Shown: positions 19,791-28,717, counted from the stretch's first letter. The stretch is DNA of 64,000 nt from Candidatus Woesebacteria bacterium (GCA_963749595.1 CAVVNJ010000003.1:25532-89531), one strand, 5' to 3'. The notes: generated by a model not told the origin, from the letters alone. Made by a program: numbers and translations.

Positions 19791-20015
19791 ATGGCAATTA
19801 TCGTTCGTGGCAAAAAAGGCGAAGACAACAACGCGATGATCCGCAAGTTCAAGAAACTGCTGATGATCGACGATATCGTGACCGTAGTTCGTGACCGCCG
19901 CTATCACAAAAACGACGCGACCAAGCGCAAAGAAGCGGCCAAACTTCTGGAGAGCAAGTTGTACAGTGAGAAAAAGCGTCTGCAACGCGGCCGCCGGCCA
20001 ACCAAGTCCCGCTAA
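19791..20015 (+). CDS. rpsU: 30S ribosomal protein S21
   Basis: MAIIVRGKKGEDNNAMIRKFKKL...RRYHKNDATKRKEAAK. It is a basic 74-aa protein. The extended -10 TGGTACAAT lies at 19774-19782. Confidence 0.85.
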   Translation: MAIIVRGKKGEDNNAMIRKFKKLLMIDDIVTVVRDRRYHKNDATKRKEAAKLLESKLYSEKKRLQRGRRPTKSR

Positions 20016-20029
20016 CAACTTTTCTGCCC

Positions 20030-20422
20030 ATGATCGAAGTAACGATCGACAATCCGCTAAATTTTCCCCTTCGCGAAGCCGAAATTGAAGAAGTCATTGC
20101 CCGTATTTTTTTGGTGCACAGCGTGACCGTGGCCAAGGTTGGGATTCACCTGGTCGACGAAGCGGAGATGACGCGACTCAACGAGAATTACAAACATCAC
20201 GTTGGTTCGACCGACGTTTTGACTTTTCCGATGCATGATCCGGAACAGCCGACGCCGACGTTTTTAGAGACTAGTGAAACGCAAGTCGAATACGGCGATA
20301 TTTTCCTCTGTTATCCGGTAATTGAGCAAGAAGCCCAAGACGAAAGCGTGCCGGTCAATGAAAAAATCGCTTTTCTGACCGAGCATGGCGCACTGCATTT
20401 GCTGGGCGTTCACCACGATTAA
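20030..20422 (+). CDS. ybeY: rRNA maturation endoribonuclease YbeY
   Basis: TDVLTFP and the C-terminal zinc motif HGALHLLGVHHD. Confidence 0.9.
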   Translation: MIEVTIDNPLNFPLREAEIEEVIARIFLVHSVTVAKVGIHLVDEAEMTRLNENYKHHVGSTDVLTFPMHDPEQPTPTFLETSETQVEYGDIFLCYPVIEQEAQDESVPVNEKIAFLTEHGALHLLGVHHD

Positions 20423-20455
20423 TTTTTTTGTATACTACCTCCAATTGGAGGGATC

Positions 20456-21112
20456 ATGCGCATGCGGACAGAGTTGCTCGAACAGACTTCGCAGCTGAAA
20501 ACCCAGGGTGAATTTGAGTACGCGGGAAGTTACGAGAGCTATCTTCTCAGTCGTTTGCCGATTGAGGACTTGATACGGTTATTCCGTCTAACCAGCCAAA
20601 GTAAATATGGCTATCACCAAGATTTCCTTCCCAAAGAGTTCTGGGAAGATCTGTCGAGCATGTTTACCCATTGGGATCCGGGCGAATATTTCGGCAAAAA
20701 GTATACTTTTTTTGGTCGGATTTCCGCTTCAACCGAAACGATGCCGGAGTGGCGCGACTTTGCGGCGCGATATGTCGATGTTGAAGGTCGATCGAGAATG
20801 GCAGCGGCAATAACTACTTTAGCGGAAGAATGTCTCAAGATTTCCGGAGAGCCGTCACCGGAGCAACAAAAGATGTTTGTCTTTGTGTTCCAGTTTTTAC
20901 ACTGGGTATGGTTAACTGATGGTGATTCCAGCCCATCACGTCAATTGCAGCAAGCACTGGACGACGGAAAAATCCGAACGATGGGAGATGTTCAGAACGA
21001 GGTTGGTGAGGTATTTGAAAACCCAGAGGTGAGGAAAAGCCCATTGCTAGATTTATTGCAACGCTGTTCGGCGAACAAGAATTTTCGCCGTTATTGTCAG
21101 GACTTGCGGTAG
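20456..21112 (+). CDS. Hypothetical protein
   Basis: 218-aa ORF with an SD (ggaggg) 4 nt upstream. No recognisable motif. Confidence 0.55.
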   Translation: MRMRTELLEQTSQLKTQGEFEYAGSYESYLLSRLPIEDLIRLFRLTSQSKYGYHQDFLPKEFWEDLSSMFTHWDPGEYFGKKYTFFGRISASTETMPEWRDFAARYVDVEGRSRMAAAITTLAEECLKISGEPSPEQQKMFVFVFQFLHWVWLTDGDSSPSRQLQQALDDGKIRTMGDVQNEVGEVFENPEVRKSPLLDLLQRCSANKNFRRYCQDLR

Positions 21113-21114
21113 AT

Positions 21115-22047
21115 TTAATCTTCGGTTTCGTTTGACGCTGACTCCGCGCCGCTGGCTTCCCAATCCTGCAGGGCTTGCACGACGTCGTCAAGGTCACCGG
21201 CCAAGCGCCGGTCCAAATCGTGCCAGGACTGCGGTATGCGGTGGTCGGTGAGGCGATTCTGGGGAAAATTGTAGGTCCGAATCTTTTCCGCGCGTTGCGC
21301 TCGGCCGATGGCCGAGCGCGCCTGGCCCAACTGCGCTTGCCGTTTTTCCTCTTCGAGTTCCCACAACTGGGAACGCAACAAGCTTAGGGCAAACTCCCGG
21401 TTTTGGGCTTGCTGACGTTCTTGCGAGGCGGTCACCACGATGCCGGATGGCACGTGCGTCAGCCGGACCGCGGTGCTGACCTTATTAACGTTCTGGCCGC
21501 CTTTGCCGCCGGCGCGGTAAAACTGCCAATCCAGATCTTCTTCGCGGATTTCGACGTGTTGTTCCGGCACTTCCGGCAACACGGCGACCGAAGCGGTGGA
21601 GGTGTGAATCCGCCCCTGCCTTTCGGTAGCTGGGACGCGTTGAACCCGATGTACGCCGGATTCAAAACGAAAAAGGGGATAAGCTGCTTTTCCTTTAATC
21701 TTGATTACCGTTTCATCAAGCGACTCAACTTCCAAGCCTTTGAGCAGAGCGTAGCGGGTATACATGCCGAGTAAATCTTGCAACCAAATCTTGGCCTCGT
21801 CGCCGCCGGCGCCCGGACGGAACTCCAGAATGCAGCTATTAAAAACCGGGGCGCCGGCGGCGTGCCCCCGTTCAATTTGCCGCAAGGTGTCTTCGACGGT
21901 CTTAACTTCTTGTTCTAAAACGGCTCGCTCTTCGGCGGCGAGGGGAGCTAGCTGTGGATCAGCCGCCACGACTTGCTCCAGCTCGGTCAGCTGATCGGTT
22001 AAACGCGCCAAATGGTCACGTAAATGTTGAGTGGAATCAAACGCCAT
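21115..22047 (-). CDS. prfA: Peptide chain release factor 1
   Basis: RVQRVPATERQGRIHTSTASVAVLPE (the PxT tripeptide of RF1) and GGKGGQNVNKVSTAVRLTHVPSGIVV (GGQ). Confidence 0.85.
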   Translation of the reverse strand: MAFDSTQHLRDHLARLTDQLTELEQVVAADPQLAPLAAEERAVLEQEVKTVEDTLRQIERGHAAGAPVFNSCILEFRPGAGGDEAKIWLQDLLGMYTRYALLKGLEVESLDETVIKIKGKAAYPLFRFESGVHRVQRVPATERQGRIHTSTASVAVLPEVPEQHVEIREEDLDWQFYRAGGKGGQNVNKVSTAVRLTHVPSGIVVTASQERQQAQNREFALSLLRSQLWELEEEKRQAQLGQARSAIGRAQRAEKIRTYNFPQNRLTDHRIPQSWHDLDRRLAGDLDDVVQALQDWEASGAESASNETED

Positions 22048-22077
22048 ACCGGTATTATAGACCCGGTCGGGGAGAAA

Positions 22078-22377
22078 CTAGGCGGCCTTAATGGAGGCGC
22101 GCTGAGCGGTCAAAATATCGCGGAAAGACTGTACGTCGCCAGTCTTTTGCTTCTTGGCTTTTTTGCTGGTAACACCGCTGGCCGCAGCCATCTTCTGGCG
22201 GAAACGGTCCACGCGACCCTGACGGTCAACAAAACGCATTTCGTTGGTGAAGAAAGGGTGACACTTGGAACAAATATCAACGGTGATGCCGTCGAGAACC
22301 GAACCGGTGACAAAAGTGTTGCCACAAGCGCAGGTTACGGTGGAATTATTCCAGGTAGGGTGGATCTTAGTTTTCAT
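22078..22377 (-). CDS. rpmE: 50S ribosomal protein L31
   Basis: MKTKIHPTWNNSTVTCACGNTF...CSKCHPFFT with a basic C-terminal extension. Confidence 0.9.
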   Translation of the reverse strand: MKTKIHPTWNNSTVTCACGNTFVTGSVLDGITVDICSKCHPFFTNEMRFVDRQGRVDRFRQKMAAASGVTSKKAKKQKTGDVQSFRDILTAQRASIKAA

Positions 22378-22444
22378 ATCGAAGCGATATTATATCACGA
22401 TTGGTTGGATCTGGAAGATATGACCTTACTTAGGCGGAGTAAAT

Positions 22445-22753
22445 TTAACGATACCAGATCAACCCAAGAATCCAACCGATGACTGACAAGATAATACCTA
22501 GACCAATACTTACCTTTGCTTGAAAAATATAATTGTTCAAGAAATCACGAGATAAAAATTTATGGCTAACAAGGCGCGCGCCAACAGCCATGATGCTCGC
22601 GATAATGATTCCGCTGACGGGGATAGTGATCAGCGGCCGCAGGTATAGTTGAACTGGGATAAAGGGCTTCGCTCCCGTAAGTGATAATATCCCAATAATG
22701 AATTGGATTACCGAAAGAACAATCGCAGTGATAATTTTTTTCTGGTTCGACAT
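22445..22753 (-). CDS. Small integral membrane protein
   Basis: 102 aa with three clear hydrophobic helices. Confidence 0.55.
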   Translation of the reverse strand: MSNQKKIITAIVLSVIQFIIGILSLTGAKPFIPVQLYLRPLITIPVSGIIIASIMAVGARLVSHKFLSRDFLNNYIFQAKVSIGLGIILSVIGWILGLIWYR

Positions 22754-22834
22754 CTGTGCGTTATTATATTCGATTGGTTAAAAAGTAAAGGGCCCAAGTG
22801 AAACTTGGGCCCTTGATAAAGTGAAAAAGAGTTG

Positions 22835-24184
22835 CTACTGGAAAAACGACTCAAGGAACTCCTGGCCATCAATCCAGCAGTTGGCCAACGAATCCGCCGA
22901 AATCCAGACGGCGGATGCCGCTGCGTCATGCGTTACCGCATAACTTCCTGCCGCCTTGATATACTCCGGCATTGGAGCGTACCCGCAGCTGACTGCCATC
23001 GCCGCAAAAGCGTACGCCTGTTCTGTTGTAATGGGGACAGATGCAAGCTCCGACTCAAAACAATCAGCCAACTCCAACCCACCAATGTCACTCCAGAGCC
23101 GAGCACTCTCGACAGCCACGCAGCTGGGGGACAGATCAAGTTGGGGAGCTGGATTTGGCACGGCGACCGGAGGTGTCGGAGTACTTCCAACCGACGCCGG
23201 AGTTGGCACAACTGGCGCTGGCGTGTTAATGACCGGCGCCTCTGTGGGAACTGATGTCGGCACCGAAGCTGGAGCGGGAACCGGCGTCGTTGTCGGAGTC
23301 GTACCCGTAGACACACTCGCCAACTCCAAATAGACCCACCCGCTTCCCAGCGAGCCAGAAATCAGTCCCCAGCCATCGCGAGTCTCGTACAGTGGGTAGT
23401 AGTCGTACTGCTGTACTACTCCCAGGATTGTTTGGTCGGTGCCAGGAAAAGCCCGGATATTCACACGGCTGGCGTTCATCTGGACGTAATCGCCGCTAGT
23501 AGGAGGCGCGCCGGATCCAGCGTACAACGCCCGATCGGGAAGTGGGGCCGGAGGAGGCACCTTCGGATTCGAACCGCCTGTAACCGGCACCTGTTCTGTC
23601 CGGTTGCCAATTCCACACCCCCAGGCGTAGGCATTGCCAGGATCGTCGGACTGGGCGACGTATTTAAGCCCGAACTGCCAGTCGCAGACCAGCTCGTAAG
23701 TCACGAACCAGCCACCGGAGCAGTACCAGGTGTTGCCAACCACATACGGGCTGCCCGCCTGACCAATCGCCTGGTTACAAAAACCAGCGATGTCCATTGG
23801 CAGGCGCGTCGCTCCACCAGTATTGGCCGGTGAGGCGGCAGTTTCACCCACAGGAGGGGGCGGAGGAGCCGGGGGTTGGGCCGGCTGCTCGAGCGGAATA
23901 CAGCCCCAGCTGTAGGGGTCTTGAGGGTTGGGCGAGTAGGCCGTATAACCGGGTCCGTACTGGGCCGCACAGACTAGGTCATACATAACCATGCTGCCAT
24001 CGGCGCACTTCCAGATTCCTTGTACCGGTGTCGGCTCCCCAGGAATGCCCAAAGTATTGTTGCAGTACCCACCGATACTGATGGGTCCCGGATCCTGAGC
24101 TAGGGCTCTCTGGCTCACAAAATACAAACCGCCAAAGACCAAAACAACGATCACAAACAGTCCAACTACGATCTTGGTATTCAT
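22835..24184 (-). CDS. Secreted protein with duplicated Cys-containing domain, Pro/Thr-rich linkers and an SH3b-like domain
   Basis: It has an N-terminal anchor (IVVGLFVIVVLVFGGLYFV). Two homologous modules are present (GGYCNNTLG...WKCADGSMVMYDLVCAAQYG...YSWGC and AGFCNQAIG...WYCSGGWFVTYELVCDWQFG...YAWGC). The SH3b-like segment is VNIRAFPGTDQTILGVVQQYDYYPLYETRDGWGLI..GWVYLE. Confidence 0.7.
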   Translation of the reverse strand: MNTKIVVGLFVIVVLVFGGLYFVSQRALAQDPGPISIGGYCNNTLGIPGEPTPVQGIWKCADGSMVMYDLVCAAQYGPGYTAYSPNPQDPYSWGCIPLEQPAQPPAPPPPPVGETAASPANTGGATRLPMDIAGFCNQAIGQAGSPYVVGNTWYCSGGWFVTYELVCDWQFGLKYVAQSDDPGNAYAWGCGIGNRTEQVPVTGGSNPKVPPPAPLPDRALYAGSGAPPTSGDYVQMNASRVNIRAFPGTDQTILGVVQQYDYYPLYETRDGWGLISGSLGSGWVYLELASVSTGTTPTTTPVPAPASVPTSVPTEAPVINTPAPVVPTPASVGSTPTPPVAVPNPAPQLDLSPSCVAVESARLWSDIGGLELADCFESELASVPITTEQAYAFAAMAVSCGYAPMPEYIKAAGSYAVTHDAAASAVWISADSLANCWIDGQEFLESFFQ

Positions 24185-24315
24185 GTAGGCTCTCCTTATA
24201 TAGAGCTAAGAACTACCGGACGAGGGACATCACAAAAATTAAACTGGTGAACCAAATACTAAATTGAGTAAGTAAAAACTCTCTTCACTTTTTCACGAGC
24301 GAAAGCCAAAGCCAC

Positions 24316-24340
24316 AAAAACCCACCGCTAGTGGTGGGTA
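24316..24340 (-). terminator. Intrinsic terminator downstream of the 24426-25061 gene
   Basis: On the minus strand: acccacc-actagc-ggtgggt followed by TTTTTG. Confidence 0.65.
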
Positions 24341-24425
24341 GTAACGTCTGGCAAACACCATTTCCAGGTTAAGAAACCTAGAAGCTGCGATTATAGGTTC
24401 ATTTAGGGAAGAAGTCAAGTCATTC

Positions 24426-25061
24426 TTAATAAAACAGCAGGGGATAAACTTTAATCGCCGCCTTGCGAAACTTATCGCCAAACAATTGAGTTGCTTGTTC
24501 GCCGCGGTCGAGTTGATAAGCCGAACCCCCAACCCCCCGATCGTTAGCTTGTAGCGTGCGTTCCAGCGGTTTTTGGTATTTGGCTAGATAGAAGTGGCCG
24601 ATTTCCTGACCGACTAACTGGTAAATTTGAACGCGGGCTTTGAGTTCCTCGATCGAATCCGGTTCCCGAAAAGCCGTTAACCATTCTCGGACGGAGTCAA
24701 GATTAAAGTTAATTTCTGGAAGAACCGTTATTTTTCCTTCTTTCTGGATGAACTTCAACCACGCATCGCCCTTCTTTTCCGTTTGCGCAATCAGCGGTAA
24801 TAAAGGTTGCTCGCTTAAATCCGGAATTAAAAAATGCGCCAACCAGAGCAAAAAACCAATTTCCCTGGCCAATCTTTCCCTGGAAATGATATCGGTTGGC
24901 TCAAGAGATACGCCTAAATTCCTAGTTAACTCCCTCTGAACTTTGTTGGCTGACTGGTCGATGTCAAGGCGATGGGATCGACGTTTTTTAACGATTTCTT
25001 TTTCTTGATGAGAATTAATTTCAAGTCGTAGATTGGCCGATTCGGTTGGTCTTGATCGCAT
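24426..25061 (-). CDS. Hypothetical protein
   Basis: 211-aa ORF with no recognisable motif. Confidence 0.5.
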   Translation of the reverse strand: MRSRPTESANLRLEINSHQEKEIVKKRRSHRLDIDQSANKVQRELTRNLGVSLEPTDIISRERLAREIGFLLWLAHFLIPDLSEQPLLPLIAQTEKKGDAWLKFIQKEGKITVLPEINFNLDSVREWLTAFREPDSIEELKARVQIYQLVGQEIGHFYLAKYQKPLERTLQANDRGVGGSAYQLDRGEQATQLFGDKFRKAAIKVYPLLFY

Positions 25062-25074
25062 GACTTATTCTAAC

Positions 25075-25722
25075 TTAACGCTCCAGCGGAGCCAAAAGGC
25101 GCAATTTAGTGATGGTCCGCACACCGCCACTAACTTCCTGAGCGACAATTAGCACCGATTGGTCGGTTTGAATATCGGTCGATTTGATAGTGGTGCCGGT
25201 GCTGTCCTGAAAAACGGTCTTGGCTGAGATGTTAAAACTTTCACTGGCGTTCGATCCGCGAGCCAGGATGGTTAATTGTTTTTTATTCCACTGGCTGATG
25301 GTGCCGATAAAGACCCGGCGGGTTTCAGAAAAATCAGTTGAGCTGACCAATATTCTTACACCCTCAACCACTACTTCATCGACTGATCGGCCGATGGCCA
25401 CGAGGCCTGAGCCGATACTAAGGTCGGATAACTTAATGGTTTTTTTACCCGAAAGGAAAGATGTATCGTCAGAAACCTGAACGGTTCGTTCGCGGCCGCG
25501 ACTATCCATGAGGGTAAAGGTTTTAGTGGCCACTCGCACCACGTTGCCCAGTACGCCGATGAATTCTTGCTGACCAGGAGCCTTTTCCTGTAGAACTTGC
25601 TCAATGCGCTCGCGGATGAGACGTCGAGTTTCGGCCGAGGAGGTGCCTTCATCTTGGGCCCGAACTACGCCAGGGGTCAATAAGAGGATCAAACAAACAA
25701 ACAAAATCGAGAGTCGTTTCAT
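25075..25722 (-). CDS. Secreted protein, unknown function
   Basis: Signal-peptide-like N-terminus MKRLSILFVCLILLLTPGVVRA. It overlaps the upstream gene by 4 nt. Confidence 0.6.
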   Translation of the reverse strand: MKRLSILFVCLILLLTPGVVRAQDEGTSSAETRRLIRERIEQVLQEKAPGQQEFIGVLGNVVRVATKTFTLMDSRGRERTVQVSDDTSFLSGKKTIKLSDLSIGSGLVAIGRSVDEVVVEGVRILVSSTDFSETRRVFIGTISQWNKKQLTILARGSNASESFNISAKTVFQDSTGTTIKSTDIQTDQSVLIVAQEVSGGVRTITKLRLLAPLER

Positions 25723-26183
25723 TGCGTTCTCCCGCTGGTGGTCGCCGCTGTCGAACCGGAAAGGTCGGCGGTATTATAGACCGCGGTAGCGACGGCAGTC
25801 TCTTGCATGCCTTCTGGAGTGGTGGCGACGATGGTTAATTTGTTCCCGCCCTCGATTAAATCAACGGTCACCGCAAAATCGCCGTCCGCGTCGGCAGTGG
25901 TGAGATATTCGTCGGAGGCGGCCAGGACCACGATGTAGCTATTGGGTAATGATCGTCCAACTACCTGGACCGAGTCTTGATCGGTAAGAAAATCGACGCC
26001 AGGCTGCTTAATTACCAGGCTGGAGGAGGTAGGGGTCGGGGTCGGTTCCTGTTGGCGGCTTTGCTCAATTTCGCTGGGAGTGGAGCTGCGCAACATCGAT
26101 TGGCGCAAGCTGTAAATCAGGTACGTCACGCCCAATCCAGCCAGGATACCCACCACAATCGCTAAAAGTATTTCTTTACGCAT
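25719..26183 (-). CDS. Membrane-anchored protein, unknown function (beta-rich ectodomain)
   Basis: N-terminal TM helix ILLAIVVGILAGLGVTYLIY. It is translationally coupled to the 25075-25722 gene. Confidence 0.6.
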   Translation of the reverse strand: MRKEILLAIVVGILAGLGVTYLIYSLRQSMLRSSTPSEIEQSRQQEPTPTPTSSSLVIKQPGVDFLTDQDSVQVVGRSLPNSYIVVLAASDEYLTTADADGDFAVTVDLIEGGNKLTIVATTPEGMQETAVATAVYNTADLSGSTAATTSGRTQ

Positions 26184-26224
26184 AGGTTTGTCTAGGTCCG
26201 CATTATACGGTATGATGGCGACCT

Positions 26225-26893
26225 ATGGAGATTCATTATTTTGGTCACTCGTGTTTTCGCCTGAAAGGTAAGGAGGGGACTGTGGTCACCGACCCCTTTG
26301 GTGTTCTCGCTGGGTGGAAATTGCCGCCCTTGAAGGCTGACGTTGTGACCGTATCGCACCAGCACGAAGATCACAACAATTTATTGGCGGTAAAGTCGAT
26401 GGGCGAGGGCGAGAAACCTTTTGTTATTGATCAAGCCGGGGAATATGAGGTCCGTGGTATTACGGTTTTTGGCTATCCAACTTGGCATGACGGGCAGCAG
26501 GGGGCGGAGCGTGGGCCCAATTTTGTTTTTTCGATTTTTCTTGATGGGGTTCACATTTTGCACTTAGGGGATTTGGGTCACCGCTTGCCGGAAAGTGTCC
26601 TTGAGGAAATTGGTGAGGTGAATGTTTTACTTTGCCCGGTAGGCGGTGTCTTTACGCTGGATCCACAAGGGGCGCTAGACGTAATTTCGGCTATCGAACC
26701 GGAAGTGGTCATTCCGATGCACTACCGCACACCCTCGCACGGCTCGGAGTTTGCCGACATCGCCACGTTGGACGAGTTCTTGCAGAAATATGGTAAAACC
26801 GCGACTCCCCAGGAAAAATTGGTCATGTCGGCCAAAATCGGGGAAGAGGAAGCGGAAACTCAACTCGTGGTTCTTGAACAGAAAACCGCTTAG
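26225..26893 (+). CDS. Metallo-beta-lactamase-fold hydrolase (UPF0173-like)
   Basis: MEIHYFGHSCFRLKG...VVTDPF and VVTVSHQHEDH. Confidence 0.75.
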   Translation: MEIHYFGHSCFRLKGKEGTVVTDPFGVLAGWKLPPLKADVVTVSHQHEDHNNLLAVKSMGEGEKPFVIDQAGEYEVRGITVFGYPTWHDGQQGAERGPNFVFSIFLDGVHILHLGDLGHRLPESVLEEIGEVNVLLCPVGGVFTLDPQGALDVISAIEPEVVIPMHYRTPSHGSEFADIATLDEFLQKYGKTATPQEKLVMSAKIGEEEAETQLVVLEQKTA

Positions 26894-26990
26894 TACCTTT
26901 TGAGGTTATTGTTTTCACCAGTGGTTTGGTATAAAAGTATCTCAGGCAGGAGTATCGAGTGATTGGTTTGTCAGGTCCGAGGAATAAATT

Positions 26991-28328
26991 ATGTCCGGTT
27001 TAGCGCCGCGTTTGCCCCCGCAGAACACCGAGGCCGAAGAGAGCGTGCTCGGATCATTACTTTTGGACAAGGACGCCATCATTCAGGTGGCTGATATTCT
27101 CCGGGCGGAACACTTTTACTTGCCCGGACACAAAGCAATTTACCAGGCGGCGACCGAACTTTATGAGGCCCGTGAGCCGATCGACTTGGTCACCATCACT
27201 AACCAGTTGCGCAAAAATAAAGCCCTTTCCCAGTCCGGCGGCGGTTCATATTTAACGCGCCTGACCACGGTGGTTCCCACCGCCGCGCACGCCAAACATT
27301 ACGCTCAGATCGTCAAGGGTATGTACACCAAACGCGAGGTGATCGCGATGTCCTCCGAACTGACCGAGAAATCTTTTGACACCGGGGTGGAACCGACAGA
27401 ACTCTTGGACGCGGCTGAGCAGCGGATCTTTACCTTGTCGCGCAGTCACGTGCGCGGCGGCTTCATTCCGATGAAGGATATTCTGGTGGATAGTTTTGAT
27501 CGGATCGAGGAGCTGCATAAAAATCAATCCGGAGTACGGGGCGTGGCCACCGGTTTTAATGATCTGGATAGCATGCTCAGCGGTTTGCAGAAGTCCAACT
27601 TGATTATTCTGGCCGCCCGTCCAGGCATGGGAAAAACCGCCTTATCCCTCAACATCGCTCAAAATGCGGCCGTGCTATTTAAAAAGAAGGTGGCCTTTTT
27701 CTCACTCGAAATGAGCAAGGAAGAGCTAATTGATCGTCTGGTTGTGGCACAAGCTGATATCGACGCCTGGAAACTAAAGACCGGTCGTTTGGGAGAAGAT
27801 GATTTTGCCCGGCTCTCGCACGCGATGGGCGTCCTCTATGAGGCTCAGATCTTCATTGACGACACGCCTGGATTGTCGCTGAACGAACTTCGCACCAAGG
27901 CCCGCCGCCTAATGATGGAGCATGAAATTGATTTATTTATCGTCGATTATTTGCAGCTGGTTCACGGCTATACCAAGGATAATCGGGTCCAAGAAGTGGG
28001 CGAGATTTCCCAGGGTTTGAAAAATATTGCCCGCGAGCTACAGGTGCCGGTATTGTCCCTGGCTCAGCTTTCCCGTGCCGTGGAAAGTCGGGGGACCAAA
28101 GAGCCGCAGCTTTCAGATTTGCGCGAATCGGGTTCTATCGAGCAGGATGCCGACGTAGTCTTGTTTATGTATCGGCCGGATGACGATATTCGCGAACAAA
28201 TGAAGCTGAAAATTGCCAAGCACCGCAATGGCGGGCTGGGGGACATTGATTTGTTCTTCCGGGGCGACCGCATCCGTTTCTACGGCATGGAAACGGCGCG
28301 CCCCAAAGGTCAGACCTTCCAGGCTTGA
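26991..28328 (+). CDS. dnaB: Replicative DNA helicase DnaB
   Basis: PPQNTEAEESVLGSLL, Walker A ARPGMGKTAL, FSLEMSKEEL, FIVDYLQL and LAQLSRAVESR. The last codons (GQTFQA*) come from gene-end repeat copy b. Confidence 0.95.
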   Translation: MSGLAPRLPPQNTEAEESVLGSLLLDKDAIIQVADILRAEHFYLPGHKAIYQAATELYEAREPIDLVTITNQLRKNKALSQSGGGSYLTRLTTVVPTAAHAKHYAQIVKGMYTKREVIAMSSELTEKSFDTGVEPTELLDAAEQRIFTLSRSHVRGGFIPMKDILVDSFDRIEELHKNQSGVRGVATGFNDLDSMLSGLQKSNLIILAARPGMGKTALSLNIAQNAAVLFKKKVAFFSLEMSKEELIDRLVVAQADIDAWKLKTGRLGEDDFARLSHAMGVLYEAQIFIDDTPGLSLNELRTKARRLMMEHEIDLFIVDYLQLVHGYTKDNRVQEVGEISQGLKNIARELQVPVLSLAQLSRAVESRGTKEPQLSDLRESGSIEQDADVVLFMYRPDDDIREQMKLKIAKHRNGGLGDIDLFFRGDRIRFYGMETARPKGQTFQA

Positions 28329-28358
28329 GGGGTACCCAGGGTCAGACCCTAAGTGATG
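28306..28358 (+). repeat. Gene-end repeat module, copy b
   Basis: aaggtcagaccttccaggcttga (28306-28328) plus cagggtcagaccctaagtga (28337-28356). It spans the stop codons of both convergent genes (dnaB and 28349-28591). Confidence 0.7.
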
Positions 28359-28591
28359 GGAACGAAGCCGAACATCAGGTAGATCAATCCACCGCACAGC
28401 ACTAGGAAGAGCATAAATAACCCCAGGTTGGCGCGGAGTTTTTGGCCAACATCTTGTGAGCCGGCGGTATCGGTACTGGCGATAATTACCACTGCCACGG
28501 CAAACCAGATAAAAGCCCGGGCAGCCACCGAGCCAACACTGTTGACGGAAAAAAAATCGCGTAAAGTCGTACCTAGGACGGACAGATCCAT
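28349..28591 (-). CDS. Small membrane protein (two hydrophobic helices)
   Basis: 80-aa ORF with the helices AFIWFAVAVVIIAS and LGLFMLFLVLCGGLIYLMFGFV. Confidence 0.5.
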   Translation of the reverse strand: MDLSVLGTTLRDFFSVNSVGSVAARAFIWFAVAVVIIASTDTAGSQDVGQKLRANLGLFMLFLVLCGGLIYLMFGFVPIT

Positions 28592-28607
28592 ATGCTCACT
28601 ATAACGC

Positions 28608-28693
28608 AGGAATCATTCCTACTCAACCCAACCTCAGGAGGAATCATTCCGGAATGATTCCTCCAGGCATGGGAGTAGGTAGGAATGATTCCT
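28608..28693. promoter_or_regulatory. Four copies of a 13-bp palindrome AGGAAT(C/G)ATTCCT upstream of the tRNA-Leu promoter
   Basis: Copies lie at 28608-28620, 28639-28651, 28650-28662 and 28681-28693. The two central copies form a perfect 28-bp palindrome (28637-28664). TATAAT at 28700-28705 is 12 nt before the tRNA 5' end. Confidence 0.6.
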
Positions 28694-28717
28694 TAGTGGT
28701 ATAATTGGACTGCTCAG

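Noticed and set aside
22933-23333. Overlapping ORFs on both strands within 22835-24184
   Set aside because: They are generated by the GC-rich Pro/Thr/Ala-coding linker of the 449-aa secreted protein. The long frame, with its signal anchor and SH3b-like domain, is the credible one.
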